Shown one piece after another: positions 58,198 to 64,000 of a DNA stretch of 64,000 bases. The notes beneath the pieces are model-generated. The model saw only the letters and a list, made by a program, of their open reading frames with translations, searched no databases and was not told the origin of the DNA. The stretch covers positions 1,120,001 to 1,184,000 of the forward strand of contig OZ241744.1 of NCBI GenBank assembly GCA_965200965.1, given 5' to 3'. The position numbers and the translations under genes are program-made. Position 1 is the stretch's first letter. Each line of letters begins with the position of its first letter. This DNA comes from an uncultured Candidatus Binatia bacterium. GTDB lineage: Bacteria; Desulfobacterota; Binatia; Bin18.

Positions 58198-59486
58198 GCG
58201 GCCCCAAACCCTTCCCCGTCTTTGACGCCAACTCACACATCGTTGAGCCGCCGGCGGTGTGGGACACCTACCTGGAAGCGGCATACCGGCCCCTGGGAAA
58301 ATCTGCTCTCTGGCGCGAGGAAGGCCGCTACGGCTCCTACCTCAAGATCAACGGCAAGACATACCGTGACCCCATGAACCCCAACATCCCCCGTCACGCC
58401 ATCTGGCGGCCGGGCCTGAGTTGGGAACAGATCGGCCAGCTCGACCCGAACACGCGCCACGCCCCGACCGAGGGCGCGTCCGAGCCCGAGGCCCGCCTGC
58501 GCGACATGGACGCGATGGGCGTGGATCAAGCCCTCCTCTACCCCACTTGGTTTGCCGAGGGTTTTCCCCTGGTTGAAGACCCGGATGTGGCCTATGCCCT
58601 GGCCCGGGCCTACAACACCTGGATCGCCGACTTCTGTCAGGCCGCGCCCGAGCGGCTGTACGCCGCGGCCATGATTCCGCTGCAAAACCTGGATTTTGCC
58701 TGTGCGGAGTTGCGCCGCATTGCCGGCCTGGCCTGCTTCCGGGCGGTCTTTCTGCGGCCCATGTTCATCGAAGAGCGCTATTACACCCATCCCTACTATG
58801 ACCCGTTCTGGGCCGAGGTGGAGCAGCTCGGGCTGACCCTGGCCGTCCATCCCACGGCCGGCCTGTGGAATCCAGAGTGGACCTCGCACGGCCCGTTTAC
58901 CGAGAAGATCAACGGCCGTCTCAATCAGGTGTCGTTTGTCCGGGAATCCGGTGGTGGCCCGTTTGCCGGCGGCGGCAACGGGGCCAATTTTTCCTTTGTG
59001 GCCCAGCAACCGATTGGCCACCCGATCGCGCCCATCCTGTCGCCCTGGCTCGATAACCACATGTTCGTGGCCGCCACCCTGATCGGCTTCACCGTCATGC
59101 AGCGCTACCCGGCCCTGAAAATTGTGATGGCCGGCGGCAAGGCCTCGTGGATGGAGGAAGTCCTGGAGAAAATGGAAGCCTCGACCCGGACCATTCCCCT
59201 GCTCCACTACTACCCGGTGCGGACCGATGTCGAAGACATGTGGGAAGAAGGCCGGGTGTTGCTCGGCTTTGACGCCGAGGAGCGCCTGATCCAAAAGCTG
59301 CCCCACACCTTTGCCCACAAAATTGTCTGGGGATCCCGCTATCCCCAGCAGGACACGACCAGCGCCTGGGAGGCGATTGAGACCCTGAGCCAAGCCGCTG
59401 TTGATGAGGCGAGCATGGCGCGTATGCTGGGCGGCAACGCCGCGGCCCAGTTCGGCGTGCAACTCCAACCGTATGAGCCACGGTAG
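58194..59486 (+). CDS. Amidohydrolase family 2 protein, degenerate metal site
   Basis: ATGA overlap with the preceding gene; FDANSHIVEP, RLRDMDAMGVD, WGSRYPQ in place of SDYPH. Confidence 0.88.
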   Translation: MSGPKPFPVFDANSHIVEPPAVWDTYLEAAYRPLGKSALWREEGRYGSYLKINGKTYRDPMNPNIPRHAIWRPGLSWEQIGQLDPNTRHAPTEGASEPEARLRDMDAMGVDQALLYPTWFAEGFPLVEDPDVAYALARAYNTWIADFCQAAPERLYAAAMIPLQNLDFACAELRRIAGLACFRAVFLRPMFIEERYYTHPYYDPFWAEVEQLGLTLAVHPTAGLWNPEWTSHGPFTEKINGRLNQVSFVRESGGGPFAGGGNGANFSFVAQQPIGHPIAPILSPWLDNHMFVAATLIGFTVMQRYPALKIVMAGGKASWMEEVLEKMEASTRTIPLLHYYPVRTDVEDMWEEGRVLLGFDAEERLIQKLPHTFAHKIVWGSRYPQQDTTSAWEAIETLSQAAVDEASMARMLGGNAAAQFGVQLQPYEPR

Positions 59487-61503
59487 ACCGGCAGCCGCCG
59501 TCCGGCTGCGGCCGCCGGAAAAAGCTCTGCTGTGCGGTATCTGGGCCGGCCTGGTCCTGATCCTGCTGACGCCCTTCGTCATCACTCCCCAGACGATTTT
59601 CCCTTTTATCGTTGGCAAGGCCCTGTATGCACGGGTCATTATTGAAGTCGTCTTCGGCTTCTGGGTACTGCTGGCTTTCTTGAGTCCTGCCTACCGTCCC
59701 CCGCGTTCGTGGCTGCTCATCCTGTTTGGCCTTGCCCTCGGCGTGTCGCTAGTAGCGGCCTGCTCTGGCGTCAGCGTCCAGCGGAGTTTGTGGTCAAGCT
59801 ATGAACGGATGCAGGGCGTCGTAGACTTGGCCCACTGGTTCGTCTTCGCCCTCGTTCTGGCGTCGGTGGTCCGCACCGTCCAGGCTTGGAGCGTTCTTCT
59901 GAAGCTCAATCTGGGCCTCAGCCTGATGATGGCCCTGCTGGCCATCGCCCAGTCGTACTATTTCCCGGACGCGCGCCTCCTCAGCTGGGATCCCCCAACA
60001 GCGCGGGTCGCTGCCACGCTCGGCAATCCGATCTATCTCAGCGCGTATTTGATGGTGAACATCGTCATCGCGCTCGGCTTCCTCGCACGGTCGTTCCTCC
60101 CCGTCGCTGCCCCGGCGTCCGGGGGGAAACGGGCGAGACGCCGCCGACGAAAACAGCCCTCAGCGTCAGATCTGAAGCGCCAGCTGCTGCTGCTGAAGCG
60201 CCAGCGTCGTCTGCTGTGGGTCCAGAGACTCTTGTGGGGAAGCGCGGTGTTGATCGAACTGTGGGCGCTCGGCTTGGCCGGCAGCCGGGGGGGGATGGCC
60301 GGACTCGTCACCGCGCTCGGCTGTCTCGCCGCGGGGGGCCTGTTTGTCGGGCGCGCTCAAACGGCCCGCTTGGCCGCGGTGGGCCTGATGGGTCTGTGCG
60401 GGACGGCGCTTGTGCTGCTGCTGACCATGTTTTTCAGGCCGAGTATCCTTATGCCCGATACAGGGATCTCAAATCCCCGGTTGCGCCACCTCACATCTTC
60501 CGGGACCATCCGAACGCGCCTGGCGGCCTGGGAGGCAGGTTTCAAAGGCTTTGCTGACAGGCCGTTCCTCGGCTGGGGGCCGGAGAACTACATCGTGGTC
60601 TTCGGCCGGCATGTGTCTGGAGTCGGCACCCACTCAAAGATCCACGACAGCGCGCATAACAGGATCGTTGAAGAGCTTGCGACAAAGGGTTTGCTCGGTC
60701 TGGTGAGCTACCTCGCCGTCTGGGGATTGACCTTCCTGGTTGTGCTGCGGGCCGCCAAAGGGATGGACTCCAGGGAACGGGTGCTGACGCTGTTTGTCGG
60801 CGCTGCCCTGACAGGACAGTTCGTCCAGAGCCAATTTGCGCCCGAGGGCTCGGTCGGTTTCCTCCAGTATGTCCTGCTGCTCGCTTTTGTCGCCAGGCTT
60901 GAAGGGGGAGCGGCTGGGCGGCCGGCAGTTCAACTCGGCCAAGGGGTTTTCTCCGCCTTTGAGCGGCTCACGCGCCCGGCCTTCCTGCGACCCAGGCTGA
61001 CTCGCGCCGCGGTGGTCGTGGGCATACTCGTGCTGCTCGGGACGAATCTCCTGGCCAACCGGTCGATCTACTCGGCGGCCGGTACCACCCTCAGAACATC
61101 CGCCCCGGCAAACACCCCCGGTCAACTCAGAGGCGCTTTTCAGCAGGCCATCAGCGACTTCAGGCCACTCGCCAACTATCCCAGACTCCTCCTTTTTGAG
61201 ACGCTGGCGCAACTCTGGGACTTCCTCCGGGCCCAGTCCAGGATCGAGACGGAACGCATGCTGGCGCTAGTCAATGCCGAGGCCGTCGCCGCCCTTGAAA
61301 ACAACCCCTCTGACTGGCAAATCGCCGTCGCGCTGACCAAGCTGTATCGGGTGATAGGTGCCTCTGATCCAGCCTACGAGGACGAGGCGAGACGCTATCT
61401 TGAGAGAGCCCTGGACCTGGCCCCCCGGAGAAAAGAGGTCCTGGAGCTGGCTCCTTCGTCGCAACACGGCGGTCCGGCCGGCGAAGGCCGGACCGCCGGC
61501 TGA
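59473..61503 (+). CDS. O-antigen ligase family protein with helical/TPR-like C-terminus
   Basis: ATLGNPIYLSAY, GSRGG, RLAAWE..GF.DRPFLGWGPENY, DSAHNRIVEELATKGLLG; tail EARRYLERALDLAP. Confidence 0.87.
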   Translation: MSHGRPAAAVRLRPPEKALLCGIWAGLVLILLTPFVITPQTIFPFIVGKALYARVIIEVVFGFWVLLAFLSPAYRPPRSWLLILFGLALGVSLVAACSGVSVQRSLWSSYERMQGVVDLAHWFVFALVLASVVRTVQAWSVLLKLNLGLSLMMALLAIAQSYYFPDARLLSWDPPTARVAATLGNPIYLSAYLMVNIVIALGFLARSFLPVAAPASGGKRARRRRRKQPSASDLKRQLLLLKRQRRLLWVQRLLWGSAVLIELWALGLAGSRGGMAGLVTALGCLAAGGLFVGRAQTARLAAVGLMGLCGTALVLLLTMFFRPSILMPDTGISNPRLRHLTSSGTIRTRLAAWEAGFKGFADRPFLGWGPENYIVVFGRHVSGVGTHSKIHDSAHNRIVEELATKGLLGLVSYLAVWGLTFLVVLRAAKGMDSRERVLTLFVGAALTGQFVQSQFAPEGSVGFLQYVLLLAFVARLEGGAAGRPAVQLGQGVFSAFERLTRPAFLRPRLTRAAVVVGILVLLGTNLLANRSIYSAAGTTLRTSAPANTPGQLRGAFQQAISDFRPLANYPRLLLFETLAQLWDFLRAQSRIETERMLALVNAEAVAALENNPSDWQIAVALTKLYRVIGASDPAYEDEARRYLERALDLAPRRKEVLELAPSSQHGGPAGEGRTAG

Positions 61504-61516
61504 ACGCGGAGCGGCC

Positions 61517-62710
61517 TCAGGCCGCCAGGGCCTGCCCGCGTTTGGCCTCATCCTGCGCGGTCGGCTCCTCAACCTTGTAGAGTTTCTGACCGTTTTCCCA
61601 CAGAATCTTGCGCCGTACCGCCGCTTCACAGTCGGACAGGCCGCCCTTGATGCGGCTGTGAACCTCGTCGCCGTACAGCGAGGTAGGGTGCGGAAAGTCG
61701 GTCTCAAACAGAATGTTGTCTGCCCCGACCTTGTCGATCAGCCGCCGCGGGGCAAGCTGCTCAAACCAGTAGCAGGCGTAGACATTGCGGGCGAAATACT
61801 CTGAGGGCAGCAACTCAAACTCGGGGTGCTCGTCGGCCACATCGTTGCCGGAGAACTGATAGTCAAGGGCTTCGAGCGCAAACGGAATCCAGCCGATGCC
61901 GCTCTCGACCGAGATGAACTTGATGTCCGGGTAGCGGGCCAACACCCCGGACATGATCAGGTCATTCAGTTGCATGGCGTTTTTCAGAAAGATATCGACC
62001 GACAGCTCGGTAAAGGCCGCCATCTTGCCGTAGGCGCGAATCCGGTTTTCGAGCAGGCCGAGTTCCATATTGCCCGAACCGATGTGGAAGCTGATCGGCA
62101 GGTCAAGCTCAACCGCGACTTCCCACAGCGGGTTCCAGTGGGTATCGCCCAGCAAGGGCTGGCCAAAAGCCTGCGGCTCGCCGGTAAACAGAATGCCCCG
62201 GTGGCCAAGAGCGGCGCAGCGGCGGACCTCCTTGACCGCGGCCTCCACATCCCAGAAGGGCAGTGAGGTGATGGGCAGCAGGCGGCGCGAGTCGGCCGAT
62301 GCCCACTCGGTCTGCCAGTCGTTGTAAATCCGGACGCAGCTCAGCATCAGTTCGGGGTCGTTCAGCTTCAGGAACTCTTGGGCCCCAAAACCGCCGACAT
62401 TGGGATACATGACCATCGCCCAGATGCCCATCTTGTCCATGTACTTCAGGCGTTCCCTGGCGTCGTAGGCCCCGGGGTGCATCTCTTCGTAGGTCTTGGG
62501 CGGGTTCTTGAAGTTGCCCACCCCCGCGGTAGCCGTCAGGCCGGGGCTGGCCAGCATCGGCTTGCCGCCCACAATCCAGGACAGGCCGCCGTCGGTGTTG
62601 GTCTCAATACGCGGCACGAGCTCGCGCAGCGAGTCCGGGGCCCGGCTCGTCCACAGGTCGGGCGTTTCGGTGACATGGGTGTCAACGTCGATAATCGTAT
62701 ACGCGCTCAT
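61517..62710 (-). CDS. Amidohydrolase family 2 protein
   Basis: IIDVDTHVTE, ISFHIGSG, VESGIGWIP, FETDFPHP. Confidence 0.92.
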   Translation of the reverse strand: MSAYTIIDVDTHVTETPDLWTSRAPDSLRELVPRIETNTDGGLSWIVGGKPMLASPGLTATAGVGNFKNPPKTYEEMHPGAYDARERLKYMDKMGIWAMVMYPNVGGFGAQEFLKLNDPELMLSCVRIYNDWQTEWASADSRRLLPITSLPFWDVEAAVKEVRRCAALGHRGILFTGEPQAFGQPLLGDTHWNPLWEVAVELDLPISFHIGSGNMELGLLENRIRAYGKMAAFTELSVDIFLKNAMQLNDLIMSGVLARYPDIKFISVESGIGWIPFALEALDYQFSGNDVADEHPEFELLPSEYFARNVYACYWFEQLAPRRLIDKVGADNILFETDFPHPTSLYGDEVHSRIKGGLSDCEAAVRRKILWENGQKLYKVEEPTAQDEAKRGQALAA

Positions 62711-62737
62711 ATCTTCCCTCCTTACACACTGACAGTC

Positions 62738-63499
62738 CTATTGGGCCACATAGCCGCCATCAACCGCCATTGGGTGGCCGGTTACAAAAGAGGCGGCCTC
62801 AGAGCACAGCCACACGACGGCTTCGCCAATCTCGGACGGCTCGGCCAGACGCCCGACCGGCTCGGCGGCGACCGCGGCCTCCGCGGCCTGCGGCTTGTCG
62901 GCAAAGACCCGCTGGAGCATCGGCGTGTCCACGCCGCCAGGACACACCGCGTTGACCCGGATGCCGGCCTTGGCGTACTCGAGGGCGGCGGTCTTGGTCA
63001 GGCCGACAACGCCGTGTTTGGCCGCCACATAGGCCGACAGGTCCGGCACGGCGATCAGGCCGGCGGCAGACGCGGTGTTCACAATTGCCCCGCCGCCGTG
63101 GCCGAGCATGTGCCGGATTTCGGCCTTCATGCTCAGCCACACGCCCTTGAGGTTAATAGCGATGACCCGCTCCCAGCTCGCCTCGCTATAGTCCCGGGTG
63201 GGCCGGACTTCGCCCTCAATGCCGGCGTTGTTGAACGCGCAGTCAAGCCGGCCATAGGTCTCAACCGCCCGCGTGACCATTGCCTCGGCATCTGCGGCCT
63301 GCGACACATCGGCCTGGATGCAGAGCGCTTCGCCACCGGCGTCGCGTATCAGGCGGACCGTTTCCTCAGCGCCCTCGACATTCACATCGGCCACCGCTAC
63401 CCGTGCCCCTTCCCGGGCAAAGATCTGGGCGCTGGCCCGGCCAATGCCGGTGCTGCCGCCGGTAATCAGGGCAGCTTTTCCCGCTACTAATCCTGCCAT
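62738..63499 (-). CDS. Short-chain dehydrogenase/reductase (NAD-preferring classical SDR)
   Basis: TGGSTGIG, NNAG, YVAAKHG, VDGG. Confidence 0.95.
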   Translation of the reverse strand: MAGLVAGKAALITGGSTGIGRASAQIFAREGARVAVADVNVEGAEETVRLIRDAGGEALCIQADVSQAADAEAMVTRAVETYGRLDCAFNNAGIEGEVRPTRDYSEASWERVIAINLKGVWLSMKAEIRHMLGHGGGAIVNTASAAGLIAVPDLSAYVAAKHGVVGLTKTAALEYAKAGIRVNAVCPGGVDTPMLQRVFADKPQAAEAAVAAEPVGRLAEPSEIGEAVVWLCSEAASFVTGHPMAVDGGYVAQ

Positions 63500-63563
63500 A
63501 TCGCTTCTCCTTTCCGGGTCAGCCTAGCAGACCCGAGACCGGCCAGAAAGACCGGGGCCGACC

Positions 63564-64000
63564 CTAGGCGGCGGACGCAAACCGCAGCGGCAGGGTCTGC
63601 GGCCCACGCACAATGATTGACACGATCTGCTCAATGTCGGGTGTCATACAGGCGAACGGTGGGCAGTCAAACAGCAGGGCCTCCAGGGCAAGCCGCCCCT
63701 CGAGACGGCCGAGTGGCGCACCTAAGCAATAGTGGATACCGTAGCCAAAGGCCAGATGGTCTGGGGGGTTGCGGGCGATGTCAAAGCGGTCCGGCTCGGG
63801 GAAGTGGCGCTCGTCACGGTTGGCCGAGCCGAGCAGCAAAAACACAGTCTGGCCGGCCGCCAGCGTGCCGCCTTCCAACTCTACATCCTGCACGGTTCGG
63901 CGGAAAATCACCTGAACCGGGGACTCATACCGCAGCACTTCTTCAACCAGGGCGGGGACGAGGGAAGGGTCGGCCCGGACCTTGGCCAGTTCCTCTGGAT
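63564..64000 (-). CDS. Cytochrome P450, 3' part (5' end outside window)
   Basis: EEVLRYESP (ExxR), SANRDE..F..PDRFD, HLAFGYGIHYCLGAPL heme-binding motif. Confidence 0.95.
   Translation of the reverse strand, partial: PEELAKVRADPSLVPALVEEVLRYESPVQVIFRRTVQDVELEGGTLAAGQTVFLLLGSANRDERHFPEPDRFDIARNPPDHLAFGYGIHYCLGAPLGRLEGRLALEALLFDCPPFACMTPDIEQIVSIIVRGPQTLPLRFASAA

Noticed and set aside
58233-59639. Long minus-strand ORFs opposite the amidohydrolases, and 45807..47312 opposite the carbamoyltransferase
   Set aside because: Antisense shadows with no recognisable motifs; the opposite strand has clear family signatures.

Overview
GC-rich bacterial DNA with two parts. (1) Positions 1-48.2 kb are a mostly minus-strand cell-surface glycan synthesis and decoration locus. 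In transcription order it holds an SxtJ-like gene, a 49-aa DUF5989/SxtK-like peptide, a NodU/CmcH carbamoyltransferase and a broken GtrB-like GT2. Next comes a 33.4-kb head-to-tail array (11749-45173) of 13 translationally coupled paralogous GT-C (ArnT/PMT-like) membrane glycosyltransferase genes, then a GT4, a WaaL-like ligase, a stand-alone GT-C and at least three SGNH paralogs interrupted by an oppositely oriented wcaJ/sulfotransferase/GT2 block. The 13 copies (C1 upstream to C13 downstream) have near-invariant membrane scaffolds but short hypervariable loops, shuffled allele blocks, 0-4 copies of a 141-aa (423-bp) extracytoplasmic module and a G-tract that is frameshifted in some copies. 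This looks like a recombination-diversified glycosyltransferase repertoire. The DUF5989 peptide ends in MIYTLF, matching the DltX/MBOAT tyrosine acyl-carrier motif, which suggests an undescribed carbamoyl relay to SGNH proteins. (2) Positions 48.4-64 kb hold catabolic genes (TauD, LLM oxidoreductase, four amidohydrolases, M81 peptidase, CMD, VOC, DUF2889, SDR, partial P450), a second WaaL-like gene and deletion pseudogenes. No rRNA, tRNA, CRISPR, transposase or reverse transcriptase was recognised. All family calls come from motif recognition by eye, not database searches.
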